Origin: Anolis carolinensis
Lineage: Eukaryota
DNA: 64,000 nucleotides
NCBI RefSeq assembly: GCF_035594765.1
Contig: NC_085843.1
Span: 147,723,971-147,787,970, forward strand
Direction of reading: 5' to 3'
Shown here: one piece after another, positions 1 through 14,005 of the stretch
Layout of the letters: every line of letters starts with the position of its first letter
How positions within the stretch are numbered: position 1 is the stretch's first letter
Notes under the pieces: model-generated
Database searches by the model: none
Seen by the model: the letters and a program-made list of their open reading frames with translations, nothing else
Told to the model about the DNA's origin: nothing
Position numbers and translations under genes: made by a program

Positions 1-229
1 TAAAGAAGGCTTATTATAGATCAAATGCTTACATTGGTTTAACGGGCATTTAAATTTTAGCAAGAATTTTCACTCACTCGATCAGGGGTGATCTACAAAT
101 GGAAAGGGACACTCATAACTTTGAGAGCATATTCAGGATTTTTATTCAGCTCCCCTTTTCACTGTAGTCAGTGTAGTCAGTGCTACAGTGCTACACTATT
201 CATCCAACTAAAATCCCAGATTTGTTCAA

Positions 230-420
230 CTGTCTCTAAAGAATAGATAGAAGACAGAGAGGAATCAGATACTAATGGCACTTCTCTGTCTGGAACAAAA
301 TGATGTAAGCAGACAAGGATGTCCTCTCCCCAATCCCATCTATTTTCAATGAAAACAAGTTTGTGTGGAGTTTCTAGGGGGATTTTTTTCATTGTGATCT
401 AGGAGTATAAACAATGAAAA
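230..420 (+). mobile_element. Degraded L1-like RT remnant
   Basis: AGACAAGGATGTCCTCTC encodes RQGCPL near 310-330. Confidence 0.4.
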
Positions 421-869
421 GGTTACCAATGAGGTGAAACATAAAACAATCTTTTTCTGAGAACTTGCTTTTCCCCATCTTGATTACCCTCAAAAATTTA
501 TGACCTCATGTTACCTCTTGAAAAATTCTGTGCTGGAATCAAGGAGGAAATCAATTACACACAAAATCAAGACTTTTTATTAATCATAGACTATTGGAAG
601 GCAAAAGCAGGAAACAAAAAAGAAGCAACAATTATAGGAAAATTTGACATTGGAATTTGTGAAGCCAACAGTCAGTTCATCACAAAATGTTTCAAGCAAC
701 ACAACAAGGGGCTGTATGCATAGATATCATATAATGACCAATACAGAAAAAATAGATTACATAATTGAAAACAGAAAATGGGAGCCTCAGTTTTTTCTGC
801 AAAAATAGACCAGAAACAGATTTAACTTGTATGTTGTACATATATTAAGTATTGCAGAATTAGACTCTG

Positions 870-1510
870 AGGAATGAGGCATGGAAACTGAAGCAAAAAA
901 TACCAACAATGTAAGATATACAGATGACACACACAATATTACTCGAAGAAATTAGCAATGACATTGATTAATTATTGAGGAAATGATACAAAGTGCAATG
1001 GCATGTTTTAAAGAATAGGAAAAAACACAGATTAAAAAAGACAATGGTTCAGGGTTTTTCCATCCCTTGGCTCAATCATGAATTAGAATGGAGATCTTAG
1101 TCAAGAAATCAGAAGAAGCTTAGCATTTGGAAAGGCAGCTATGAGGCTCTAGATAAGATCCACAAGTATAAGACATGCCATTAAGTACATGAAGGATGCC
1201 ATGTCCCTAAGTCTATAAGGCCTGAACTGTTGATCAAAGTGTGATTTGGATGTCTCTCATTCCTCACAATTACAACAACAAATTGTACTCTGGAAATATG
1301 AGATGCCATGGCCAATTAAAAAGACAATAATACTTGGCAAACTGAAAGGGAATAAAAAAGAGAAAGGTCACATTACTGGTGGATGGACTCAATCAACGAG
1401 ACCATAGTTGTAAATTTTTCAGAACCTTAATAAAGCTGTTAATAACAGATTCTCTTGGAGGTTTCCTATTTATAGAGCTGTGATAAATCACAGCTGATGA
1501 CAGCAATTAA
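870..1510 (+). mobile_element. Degraded RTE/BovB-like LINE fragment
   Basis: Remnants of NNLRYADD, SQEIRRRL..GKAAM and KTIILGK....KRGR...WMDSI, with many disruptions. Confidence 0.7.
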
Positions 1511-2802
1511 AAACAAACTATTGACATAAGTGTTGGAATTTTAAAAGGTAAAACATAAAACACTAAGAAAAACTGGCATAGCACCTAAGAATTTGAAAGG
1601 AGTCAATAACTGTTCATAAAGAACACATAACAAATAGAAATAGGAATGCCTCCATACAACACAGAAGCTGGGGAAGAACAAAAAGGAAATGTGTCAATTG
1701 CTCTCTGTATTAGTATTTATTTTATATAGTTTATACAGAGCCAAAAGAAGAAGAGGAAAGAAGGGAGGAAGGCTGAAATTCTACATCTTCCTGAACCCCC
1801 CCCCCCCCCCCACACACACACACTGAATGATTTCCAAGAAATATTCAATGTACCCATTCACATAAAGTATATAGGCTGGAATCTATGGTATGAGACACAA
1901 ACTCTTTGTGTCTTTACTCACATTGGGTTCCTTAGACATGGGCAGGAAAGGTTTAATACCTATGTCAATGATCTGCTTTAATGTAGTCTTTTTTTAACAA
2001 ATAAGTACAATTCTGTGATTATATTTAGGGTCAACATTATAATTGTGTACAGGAGGGAGGAGCACAATTTTATCTCAGAGGTAGTAGTGACTCCATTAAT
2101 ACAGTGCAGGGTGTCTATTTCCCATGAGTTTAATGGAACTCTTCTGCCATGTCAGTTGTATGGGAGTTATTCAGGTGCTGAAACTATATTGAATATAGAG
2201 TTCAGCCTGGAGAAGGTGTTTAAGTAATGCCATTTAATTCTAGAACTGCTGTTAAGACCAAAGATGAATTCACAACCATTTTTTAGCTAGAGCAGGAAAG
2301 ACCCTCGATTTGCAGACTGAAATCATACATAGTACTTCATTGTTAGGTGCCATCACACTCCATTTTGGAAGGTTAGCTTTCAAATGTTTAGAGTCAAGAA
2401 ATGTCAAAAGAGGATTTTTTGAATATAGCTGAGTGACTCATACTGAATTCTCATATTGATATTTCGCTGAACTGATGTGGATTATCTCCTGGAACATGCA
2501 AAGTGCAGCGACTCTTTGATATACTGAATATAATATTACAAATTAAGGGAAGGCTTTGTTTTTATTTCAGAAGAAAATGCCTCTCTACGCTACACTTGGA
2601 CTAAAGTTTGTTTCTATTAAGAAAAAAGGAATTCAAGAACCAGTGGGTTAGAAAGTCCATAGAAAAAACATATACTCTTTGACATATTTAAAGCTAAATA
2701 TAAAAATTGAAAAGAAGTTGAAAAAAGAGTGCATAATGAAATATATGCTTAGAGGAACAAGGAAAAAAAAATATTTAACTGTAATATTTGTATCTTCTTA
2801 AT

Positions 2803-3120
2803 GGAGCCCCGGTGGCGAAGTGCGTTAAAGCACTGAACTGGAGACCAAAAGGTCCCAGGTTCAAACCCCGGGAGCGGTGTGAGCGGCCACTGTTAGCTCC
2901 AGCTCCTGCCAACCTAGCAGTTTGACAACATGCCAATGTGAGTAGATCAATAGGTACCGCTCCAGCGGGAAGGTAACGGCGCTCCATGCAGTCATGCCGG
3001 CCACATGACCTTGGAGGTGTCTATGGAAAACACCGGCTCTTCGGCTTAGAAATGGAGATGAGCACCAACCCCCAGAGTCAGACATGACTGGACTTAATGC
3101 CAAGGGAAACCTTTACCTTT
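2803..3120 (+). mobile_element. Sauria SINE (tRNA-derived)
   Basis: GGAGCCCCGGTGGC head, B-box GGTTCAAACC, (ACCTTT)n tail; homologous to the copies at 36.9 kb and 60.0 kb. Confidence 0.92.
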
Positions 3121-4149
3121 AATGTGGCAAAATCTCCAAGAGGATCATTGAAATACACATATAATATGGTATTCAAACCAGATACTATGCTGTGGTATCC
3201 AAACCTCTTCACTCTTTCTTGTGTTTGCCCCATCTTTCTCAATTTTTGCAGTTTCTATAAATAAAAATGTCTCCCTAAAGATGACTCGGGATAGAATTTC
3301 TCTTCCCCCACCTGCCTGGAAAAGTCTACATCATAGAGAGTCTGTTTAGAGATAATTGAGGAAGGCAAGGTAGCAGAGATGTGCTATTTACTAATTTTTT
3401 TAAATAGACACAAGGTAAACCTTTGAGATTCTTTCTTTTTTTCTTTCTCCATCTTCTTTGTGAGCGTGATGATGTTTGAACTTTCCCTCTTTACTTGTTA
3501 TCATTCATTGAATGTGTGCATTAACCAATAAGAGTACAAAGTGGATATAATGTAAATACAAGGTGCCAAGTAAACAATAGATTATTGTTTGATAGGGTTA
3601 TGCATTCTAGAAAGAAATAAAAAATAAAAAATAAACCTTTGGTAAATAATATTTGAATCTGGGCATGGGAAAAGTGTATCTATTAGGGTTGTGTCCGGAT
3701 CCACGTTAAAACCAATATTTGGCTGATTCGGTTTATTTGGACACATGTAACAACAAGGGCTCCACAGTCATGTTTTTTTCCAGCCACAACAGAACAATGG
3801 CTGCCAAAAATGGCTGCTTTCAATTTCTTTTGGCTACATGTGGGTTGTGGGGAGGAAGGCAGCTGCTAGAAGAAAAAAGGATCACAGAAAGAGTGGTTTC
3901 CTAAGCCCTTGCCCTAAATCCAGAGCTCCTTGAAAGACAGAAGGGAAAGGATTATAGAAAGGGTGATTTCTGAAGTCAGATGCTATAAAGGAGTCTCCCA
4001 TTATTGCCAATGGGCCAGATTTCCCCAGATATTTAGGTTGCCAAGCAGGAAAAAGCTTTTTCCCCCATTAGTCTATTTCAGGAGGTCCCCAAAAATGGCT
4101 CTGTGTACCCATCAAATTTTTGATATGGAAAAAGGATTGCGGTCCAGCT

Positions 4150-5050
4150 GAATTACACAATCCTAGTATCTATCAATATAATTAGAATCCAGTTTAGTTG
4201 GAATAGGTATGGAATGACATTTATTGGGATGAAGTTTCAATTTGTTTGCCCTCATTACTGATGGAAGATATTGGTTTAGGACCATAATAGTTTCATTGTT
4301 TTGCGTTAAAAGGAGCAGTAAAGCTGGGTGTCATCTGCATATAGATGACACCACACTCTAAAACTCTAGATGACTTCTCTTAGTGGTTTCATTTAGATGT
4401 TAACTAGCTTGGAGGGAAATGCAGAGTCCTGAGGAAACCCACAAAACAACCAGGGGCTCAAACAGAAATCCCCAAGCACTACCTTCTGAGGCCCTCACTC
4501 CAGAAAGGGATGGTGCCACTGTAAAACCATTCATCCAAGTCCCATCTTAGCAAGGCAGCCCAAAAGGATATCATGGTCAATAATACTGAAAGTCATTGAA
4601 AGGTCCAGGAGAACCAACAGGGATCACACTGCCACTTTTCAGTTCTCTGTGTACTGTAGGTCATCCACCAAGGCAAGTAAAGCCATTTTTGTACCATAAC
4701 CAGCCCTTAAACTAGATTGAAATGGGTCTAGATAATTTGTTTAATCCAGAAACCCTGGAATTAGAGGACGTTACATGCTTCAATACCTTGCTCAAAAATA
4801 GGATACTGGCTAATAGCTTTCCATTATAGAGGGTTTAGGGATGGTCTTTTTAATTTGGGCCTTTAGAAAAGTTTGAATTCTGCCTTCATCTACTCCATCA
4901 TTTCCTCGTTTGGTCTGTTTGATCAGCCAGGTAGGACAAGCATCTAGAACACAAAGGGTAGCTCTCACCTCTACAAGGATCCTGCCCACATCCTCAGGCT
5001 ACACAAATGAAAAGCATCCATGGAATCCTGGAAACGGCAGTTTGGTGAGG
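4150..5050 (-). mobile_element. Degraded L2 LINE RT fragment
   Basis: Minus-strand YADDTQL, G.PQ.S and L.LLDLS..F..IDH.IL motifs; homologous to 56500-56935. Confidence 0.8.
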
Positions 5051-6639
5051 AAGCAGCACTTATTGGCATTGAAGGCTAACACCTTGGAAGATATGATTCC
5101 ATAGCACTGAGCCATGACAGTTAAAGTGGTGTCAAACTGCATAAATTCTTTAGTATAGATTCATTCTGAGACTAAATTTGCAGCCACTGATCTTTCTCTA
5201 GTCCTTTCCTTTCCAGTGTCCCAGTTCCAACATCAGCATAAAATAAAGTGCATAGGCCAAGAGCATGTCATGGGTAAATCTGGATATGCCCAACGATACA
5301 TTGCCAAGTGTCTTCCTTCTTTAACTCTATCATTATGATAGAAGTCCAGCAGGGCTTGGATTATGTTAGAACTCACAAATTCTTCAGAGAGTTGTGAGCA
5401 ATAGGATTGCCTTGTAAATTCGTTAAATTTTTGATATAACCATCACACTGAATCTGCAATTAGAAAGACATATTTTACTTTATGTGGAAATAATGACATA
5501 TCTCACAGGAGAACTGCAGCAAATGTTTTCTGAGTTCAGTATGTGTTCTAAAAGTTGCATAGTCAATGTTGCTGAACAAATTATTAAAAAACTCTAAAAA
5601 CAAAAATAATCATACCAAATCTTCATTTTGTTTTGTCATCATTTAGTTTTCCTGCTGGCTGGAAAAAGGTGGGGAGAGAATTTGATTGTGCACAAAAGAG
5701 TTCATCAGAATTGCTAATAAGCCAATAAAAATAAATACATGGAAAGTTTTTTTTTTTTAAAAAAAAGTTTCAGATGGTTTATAGAAGAAAAGCTGAAATT
5801 GTAGCCATGATTGCTACTATGTTACAATAAAATACTGTTTTGTTACAGATACTACAATACACCAGACATATGCTAATATAGATTGTTTATTGGAGTTAAT
5901 TTGAGGAATATGATGAAATTGGAAGGAAGTAGTAGTAAATTGGGAGTAGTAGTACATTTTGCCAGATTATGATTATTTTTAAAAAAGCAGGTCACCAATT
6001 TTCTTGGGTTTGAATTATCTAGCTTTTTAATTATGCATACAATGCAAACTAAAACCGAGGCATGGTATTCTTTCAGTGACAGCATACTAAATAGTAACAG
6101 AACTCAAAAGTTTTGCTGCAGAATGTTAACTGCTACAGAAACTTGCTAATATTTGTGATTTCTACGTACAGATAAATCTAAACACATTCAGAATCTATTT
6201 CATTTTACCCATATTCTATACATGTATTAGAAATTTGGCTGTAGAAAACTAACATCTGTATACCTAGAGGGAAAGTAATTTACAAGAAAATGTGATGAAT
6301 AATGACCATCATTAAGTATTTGTCTATCCTATGGCTTTCAATATTATTTTGCCAATAAAAAGGCTGATAGTGATTTGTTGCCAATAAAAGACATATACAA
6401 GTTTATTTTATGCATATCTACATATAGTCCAAGAGCATGGAGCATAAACAATGGAAACATTATCAGAGCCTTTCAAGCAGAGCCAGCCCAAGGTAATTTC
6501 CAAATATAGGCGAACAGAATTTTGGCGCTCCCCCCCCCCCCCCCCAAAAAAAAACCAATCACTGAAAAATAGAAGCATTGGATAAGCAAAAATGTTGGAT
6601 AATGAGGGATTAAGGAAAAGCCTAAATAAAGAACAACAC

Positions 6640-6945
6640 TCTGAAAACAGGGGAAATCCAGACAGGAAACAATCAGGGCCAGCTAACACCTCCCAACCAA
6701 GGATGCCCCCAGGCTTTGAATATACAAGGCCATTAAATGCTAATCAAGGTGGCTAATTGCAGCATTCACACTAGCCTCAAACAGACAAGAGCTCTTTCTC
6801 CCACCCTGTACTTTCCACGGATATATAAACTCCATTTACCAAGCTTCCAACAGACCTCACAACCTCTGAGGATGCCTGCCATAGATGTGGGTGAAACGTC
6901 AGGAGAGAATGCTTCTGGAACATGGCCAGGCAGCCCAGAGACCTG
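6640..6945 (+). mobile_element. Penelope-like element terminal fragment inside the hAT element
   Basis: Typical lizard PLE end ...CTGAGGATGCCTGCCATAGATGTGGGTGAAACGTCAGGAGAGAATGCTTCTGGAACATGGCCA. Confidence 0.75.
6863..6903 (+). ncRNA. Minimal type I hammerhead ribozyme motif (Penelope-type)
   Basis: Stem I CCT / AGG, core CTGAGGA, stem II GCCTGC / GTGGGT with G-U pairs, then GAAA-CG-TC cleavage site. Confidence 0.7.
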
Positions 6946-9900
6946 GCCTCAAGGAAGGGGTGAGAAGGAAGGCATTTGCCACTTTGGGGAGCAGAGAAGC
7001 GGCGTTTGTCTACTTTGCAGAGTGGGGATCACCTCCTTTCTCGCCAGGAAGGCGATCCCCACTCTGCAAAGCAGAAAAGCGGCATGGGGATCGCTTTTTG
7101 GGCGATGGGCCTGTGTGCACACGCAGGTCTTCCAATCAACCGCATGGATGGGTGGCACTCTCCAGGGGGCTACCGCCACCGCGGGGGCACCTCAACAGTG
7201 CCCTCAGGAACAATGTGCCACATACGACCGCCTAATTGGCCTTGCCGGTGGACCGCCTCTGCTTTCAAGTCACCACTAATTTAAGGCTAAGACTGAGCAA
7301 AGAGTGATGCTGAGACCCTCCTATTGTCTACTCAATATGGCAGTATTTCCTTCATTGCACATCTCTGCCCTATTGCAATATAGCATAAGATATCTATTAA
7401 TCTACTTACTGAGATGCTTTGACTTGGTCAGTCACAAGTTGTGCCATGTATTCTGGAGTAATGCTGTATGAATTATGAAAATGTTCTTTAACACAGAGAA
7501 ATTTACCTATTTTCTCATTGCTGGTATTTTATAATTTCAAAACATGTTCACAAGTACATATTGTTGAACCTCTTAGAAACAAGTTAAGCAATCAAGATTA
7601 TGTTTAAGATCAAGCATCCTACCTTGCTGTTATTAAATAATTTACTTCTAAACTAAGAGCTGATCCGAAACCTCACCAACTAATAACTACTTTTTTAATG
7701 CAACACATTGGAGAGGTCATCTTAATTTGTCAAAAAAGAGAGTCCAGATTAAATCAATCTGCTTTAGAGGAAATACCATAACTCTGCACTGAGACACTAC
7801 AGCAGAAAAAAAATGTATTTTGTTTCTTTTAAAAAGTATGTAGATTTTGTTTGACCATAGAGCAATATCTGAAACATGCATTGTGTTGACCACCTAAAAG
7901 CTCGGGGGTGGGGGGAGCTGTCTTAGATTTATCAGACAAAGATGACAAAAATAATGCAGGGAAGAAGGTGATCATGTTAGAGCCACAGGTCTGCATCATT
8001 TGTGATATTTGTTTAATGTACCCCTTGAGATAGCCTAAATCAGGGCTTCTTAAGCTTTGTCTACTCACAATCCCTTTTTGCTCAAGAAATGTTTATGTGA
8101 CCCTGGATATATAAGTATTAAGCTTATGCAATCTGGGGAAATTGTGAACCGTTTCAGCGTCCTAGATTTGGTGGAGATCCCGATTCGTTTTTGGGAGCCC
8201 CCCCCCCCCGGGGGGGGGAATCTGGGACAGACATCTGTTTTCGCTCTAGGAAGCTGAAATATTTGTTTTCTATCTGGCCCATTGTTGGGGGGAAAGACTT
8301 CTAGGATCCCCTTCCCATCATTTTAGGCATTGCTTGTCCTTATACTCTGTTTCTACTCTAGAGGAGAGGCATTGCAGGCAGGCGCTCGCACTTTAAGGAG
8401 GCTTCTTAACATTGTTTTTTTCTAATTACTCTAGAGGAGAGGCACTGCAGGCAGGCATGCATGGCTTCTCTCCTGGGCCTGTACCACACCACACACTCTT
8501 TCCAAAGCATTTTAAGGAGGCTTTCCACTTCCAGGTAAGGAAGAGCAATGACCTCCTGGAATTATCCTCTCTGGGCTACCTTTAAAAAACCCTCTTTTTT
8601 CTTGACACACTTTAATCTCCTTTCTGCTTTGGTTTTAATGCTTCCTTAGAGCTGTTTCTACCTTATAGTAGAAGGAAGGTAACTAGTTGGTAATAGGTTT
8701 CAGGGAATGAGGGTTTTCTCTTTGTTTGCTGGGATTCTAAGTCCTTGTTAGCTTTGTCCTTTCTACATACAGGTGTATGTTTGTGACGTAGAATATTTAT
8801 CATTTGCATTATCATAGATTGATAAAATCAAAAAGGAACGGAGAAATTGTACATCCTGATTAAATTATTTGTTATTTCAAGCCATAACTTCTAATCAGTA
8901 GCTGTATATATTTTTTTCAATTCGCATCTGGCTTTATACATTTTTTTTCTTCTGAAGTGCATTTCAAACTTTGAAAATGTATGAATCTCCAAGGAAAGAT
9001 GAGTTTTGTTCTGTTTGTGATGTTGAAAAGTGCAAAATTGATACCCTTTCAGAGAAATGTGAATCTAATGGATTTGTTTTATGCTCCTTGTTCACTTTTT
9101 TATGAATTTTGCTAAATTCGCTTGCAGATTATACTTTGCTTCTTGCTGTATTTATAACTTCAATGATGTTGCTGAGCATAGATTTAGCCCAAACCCCTTC
9201 AAATGATTTCATGGTCAATCTCTTTCCTATAAATGTCAGCAGTGAGAAAGACGCTGTTTTCTTATTAAACTTGAAAAGGCCTGCCTATGTTCCACTGTAA
9301 ATGAACAAAGGTGTGGAGCTTGGAGTTGCAGTGTTAGCTTAATAGAAAGGAAAAGAGTAGCATGTGTCTCATTCACTTCCACCTGTCAGACAGGCTCCTT
9401 TGAAATATTCATGAGCTGCATTGTTCTGTCAAGTATAAGGCATCCTTGTTAACATTTTGCTATAATTTAGGGCATATTTCATAAGCACAACTGTTAAATA
9501 TTTATGACTTATGTTCATTACTTAAAAAGCACTTCACATATACATCCCTAGTTTAATTATTAATACTGAGAGTTTGGACAGACCTTGTTTTTATAGCTCC
9601 GCACTTTGGAAAATTAACTTCTCATCTATTGCGTTATTAATATCCCAAGATACTGAACCTACCGAAGAAGAGATGTATATCAGGACAAGCTTGACTATAT
9701 TAACTCCTTAAATACACAATCAACAGCAGACTTGTGAGTAACTGTGATATGAACTGACAGCAACAAAATATCCTCGACAAAACTGTACACCCTGTACACA
9801 TTTTGGTGCAGTACCGAAATGTCATTGTTGTTATCAGGCTTGTACAATGAAATATGGTCCTAAACAAAGTTCAAGCCTGCTTCAAGTGTATGCATATATT

Positions 9901-10093
9901 GTATTATTACTCATCATTTGATCCTGCAGGCCTGTGAGGAAGGTTAATAGTGCCCTGTACAGTCCTGAAGATTTATCCGCTCCATTCATTTCAGAGTTTT
10001 GTGTCTTTAAAAAGTGATGTATTTCTCTCTATATAAGGCAATAACAGGAGGAGACAGAGAGAAAGAGGTGACATTTAATGCTTTTTAAAATTT

Positions 10094-10850
10094 AATTTAT
10101 TTATTTATTTACCTTATTTATACCTCGCCTTTCTCACCCCAAAGGGGACACAAGGTGGCTTACACATGGCATAATTCAATGCCCCAAAACACATATAAAA
10201 TAAAACTTAAATTATTATACATTTAAAAATTTAAAACATAAACGATTAAAACATTACAAACAGTTAGAATCATGCCATCTGAAAAATCATAGTCTAAAGC
10301 CATTCCGAGGTCATTATCCATATTAGACATCTATTATTGCTTTGTGCAGTCATCCAAAAGCTTTATCCCAGAGCCAGGACTTCACTTTCCTTCTGAAGGC
10401 TAGGAGGGAGGAGGCTGATCTTCTATCACTTCAGAGGGAGTTCCACAGCTGAGGGGCCACCGCCGAGAAGGCCCTGTCTCTTCTCCCCACAAACTGCACT
10501 TGCGAAGCAGATGGGAACAAGAGCAGGGCTTACCCAGATGATCTTAATCTACGAGGTGATTCGTAAGCGGAGATATGTTTGGACAGGTAAGCTGGGCCAG
10601 AACAGTTTAGGGCTTTGTAGGCTAAAGCTAGCTAATTGTGCTCAGTAGCAGACTAGCAGCCAGTGGAGCTGGCGTAACAGGGGAGCTATGTGCTCCCTCT
10701 ACGCCACTCCTGTGACCAACCTGGCTGCTGCCCGTTGGATCAGTTGAAGCTTCTGAACAGTCTTCAAAGGCAGCCCCACGTGGAGCATGCTGCAGTAATC
10801 TATTCAGGATGTAACTAGAGCCTGGACCACTGAGGCCAAGTCAGACTTGC
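10094..10850 (-). mobile_element. L2 LINE 3' portion
   Basis: (ATTT)n tail, conserved 3' terminus GTAAGCC...CCC...GGGGTGAGAAAGG, ORF2 C-terminal remnants. Confidence 0.85.
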
Positions 10851-11859
10851 TACGGTACAACTTTTCTTCACTTCTATTCAGAAGGAATCATTTTAGTAGT
10901 TATTTCTGGCCCATCATTTTCTATACGGCATCCTAAAGGGATATTGAAAAAATGACAAATTTCAGTCCTCTTTCTAGATTTTTCTTCCAATATCAGGAAA
11001 GGTCAGTGCTTTTCTTACCACTCTGTGATCTGGAGGTTGTAGTTTTGGGTGTTTCCATAGAAAAACAGCAGATTTATCTGTTTCTGGCACATCCATCATT
11101 CAAAGAAACAGATACAGATCTATGTATATCTAATCTGTCTCATATGTGTGTGTATGAATGAAGCAGGAATGACTATGTATGCTTGTATATCTCTCTGTGT
11201 ATGCATAAAGGGTGTATTACATACCCTCCAATGTTTCACAGATGAAAACTGGGACAGCTGTGGCTAAGTTAACATCACTATGTTGTCAAGATGGCAAAAG
11301 TTAATAATGAACAAAAACACACAAGCTAGAAGAAGCAACAGAATTTTCTTTTTGTCTGAATTGACTTGGAAAAACACGATTTTTGTGCCTTGTGAGTTAA
11401 CTTCAATGAAAACAACTAAATTGAAATATGCTGAGGGCAAAGAGGGACAAAGGGAAGAGAAGAGAAAAACTAGGACTTATAAAGACAGCTGAGAAAGTAG
11501 GACAATAGAGGATTAATTACGACCGTCCCTGTCACATTGAGGAAGAAGTCTACAAAAATGTAAAATTAGGAAGAGTGAATAAACAGATGCATCCATATTA
11601 AAAAATATTTAAATATGTACAAAATGTTAAATTAGTAAAAGTAAACAGATATATTTATTATGGAAAGTGTTTCTATGTTAAAAATGCCCCTAAATTTCAC
11701 AAAAATTGATGGGAATTTTTGACAAAGACAATGAAATCAGGATTGAGCATCGCAGATGTTATGAGTTTTCCAAGAATGCTTTGTTTCACACTCTCTCTTA
11801 TGGCTTGGATGCTGCACCTAGGTTTCATTTATTTTGTTTTTCATAGGCTTTGGAACACC

Positions 11860-12185
11860 CTCTTCGGAGAGATTAGGCAAGCACTTACATTCATGTTCTT
11901 TAGGAAGGAATTGAAAACTCGGCTTTTTAAACAGGCCTTTGACAATGGTGAAATGTAAGAATCCTTAATAAACACCAAAAGGAATCTATGGCTTATCTTT
12001 CTTAGTGCAATGGTTTGAACCCTAAATGTTGTTCAAATTGTTTTATATAATAATTGCCTATTGACGTGACAGTTGTATTGTGTTAATTTTGTGATTGTTT
12101 TACATTTGATATGCTAATTATCTATTATGTTTTTATACCTGCAAGCCGCTCTGTGTCCCTTGTTGGGAGATAGGGCAGGGTGTAA

Positions 12186-12234
<49 letters not shown>
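11860..12234 (+). mobile_element. L2 3' end with (TTA)n tail
   Basis: GCAAGCCGCTCTGTGTCCC...GGGAGATAGGGCAGG terminus followed by (TTA)n. Confidence 0.8.
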
Positions 12235-13669
12235 GTTCACCTTCTTGTCTTTATGTGGGCCTACATTAAACAGAAGTCCCACAATTGAATATTTATGTAA
12301 TTTTAATTGATGAACTTGTGCATTTAAAGAAGAAACGCTTTAGACAGATCCCAAAAGATCCATGCTACATCCAAACATCTGTATATAGTCCAACACGCTG
12401 TTCAAACTGCAGCCAAACAGTTGTGTTTGACAGTAATCTGCTGAAAGTGATGGTCTCCATATTAGTACCAGTGTGTGAGCTTTGGGCTGCCAATGCAGAG
12501 AGCTTTCAGGAAGGAAATAAGCAGGTGTAGTCATCCTCAATGAATTTATCAAAACTTCTTAGCTGTCAAGAATGGCTACTTCTTAAAGTATCAGATCTAA
12601 GAGTTTGATAATGAGTATTCATGTCCTTCAAAAATAATGTAGCCTTAAGAGTCCTCTAGCTGAATTTTCCCCAAAACCTTGTTTTGAAAGCACCACTCTT
12701 CTTAACAAGGCTGATTACTTAACTTCTATGCAGAACTTGTCAGGCATGGTGTTTGTTGTTTGTTGTTCAGATTTACATGAAACTAGTGAAAACTTCTGAG
12801 GGTCGCTGGCACCAAATGTTGCTGAGAGGATGAGAAGAATCTACAAATTTGGCTCTCCCTTACTTTGTAGAAGTCCTTCTGCACAATAGGGAGAATGTTT
12901 TTTGTTGTTTTGCCAAAAAAATAGACCTGCAACACAATTGAATTAGATAAAATATTACTGTTTCATCAGAGTAGTTGCAAGTAGCTGGAATCTATGCACT
13001 TTGAAATGAGGAGAACATTAGTATTCCGTTGTGTTTTTACTCTTGCATTTTTAGTAGAAGAAAGGTTACTAACCTACTGATGTTACAATATAAGTCACTT
13101 GATACCAATTAGAGGAGAGTGGATTCTCACCTCACTATCAAATGTTTATGTCTAAAATTATTACCTGGACTGGTTGGCATTTGAAAGATGCAAAATATGT
13201 TTTAGAAGATTTTTTTTTTTAAAAAAGAGGAAAACTATTCTTGTATAGTCCTTATCATTTAATGACAATGATTAATTTATATATTGTGTAAGAATATGGT
13301 GAATTTCTGAATGCTGTTATTCTTTTAAGGAATTTTAGGAGGTTAGTGGTATTTGAAATTATACTTTCACATCTTTAACACATTTTGTTTTTATCAGAAA
13401 ATGAGTGGCAATATGAAGCATTACTTAGATTTATTTTGGAGCTTAAAATGTGTGGCTGAAATAGAGATGTGAAAACCTCAATTTACCTGATTCCATGTGT
13501 ATTGTCTTTGTCTTGCACTGCATTGGTCTTGTTAAAAGGTGGGCAACTTTCATATGGTTTGAGCCATTTCTCTCTCTACAGCCACCTTGTGAGCCCCATC
13601 AGCATTTTTCAGCATGCCCTGAAATAATATGTCACTTTTTAAAACCATATGGATGTTTATATGAATGGT

Positions 13670-14005
13670 TTTAATTAATGTTTAATTTTTTTAACTGTAA
13701 TCATTTTAAATATTATGTGTCTAGCATCTAATGATGGCTAATTGTAAGGCTGCCCTGAGTACCCCCTCAGGGGTGAGAAGGACAGGATATAAATGCATTG
13801 TTTTGATATGCTGTTTTATCCTGTTTTATGCTGTTATATGGTTTTATTGTTTATATTGTTTATATTGGTTTTATTGTATGACTGTTTATTATATTTGACA
13901 TTGGGCTTGTTCCACATGTGAGCCGCCCCGAGTCCCCCTGGGGGAGATGGAAGCAGGATATAAAAAATAAAATATATTAAATGCTCGAAATAAATAAATA
14001 AATAA
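13670..14005 (+). mobile_element. Two stacked L2 3' ends
   Basis: Two L2 termini (about 13745-13795 and 13918-13970), (TAAA)n at the end. Confidence 0.75.

Larger units (their letters stand above)
6478..7261. mobile_element. Composite non-autonomous hAT element
   Basis: Ends CAGAGCCAGCCC / GGACCGCCTCTG; perfect 8-bp TSD CTTTCAAG (6470-6477 / 7262-7269). Confidence 0.85.

Noticed and set aside
2803-2880. tRNA gene
   Set aside because: The A/B boxes belong to the tRNA-derived head of a Sauria SINE.
6737-7284. 180-aa and overlapping ORFs
   Set aside because: They span Penelope and MITE sequence with inverted repeats and show no recognisable domain.
8355-8457. ~30-bp direct repeat TACTCTAGAGGAGAGGCA(T/C)TGCAGGCAGGC as a CRISPR-like array
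   Set aside because: Only two copies inside an unclassified repeat in eukaryotic DNA; an ordinary local duplication.
12349-12530. Possible plus-strand exon (IPKDPCY...)
   Set aside because: Weak acceptor and donor and an unrecognised peptide.
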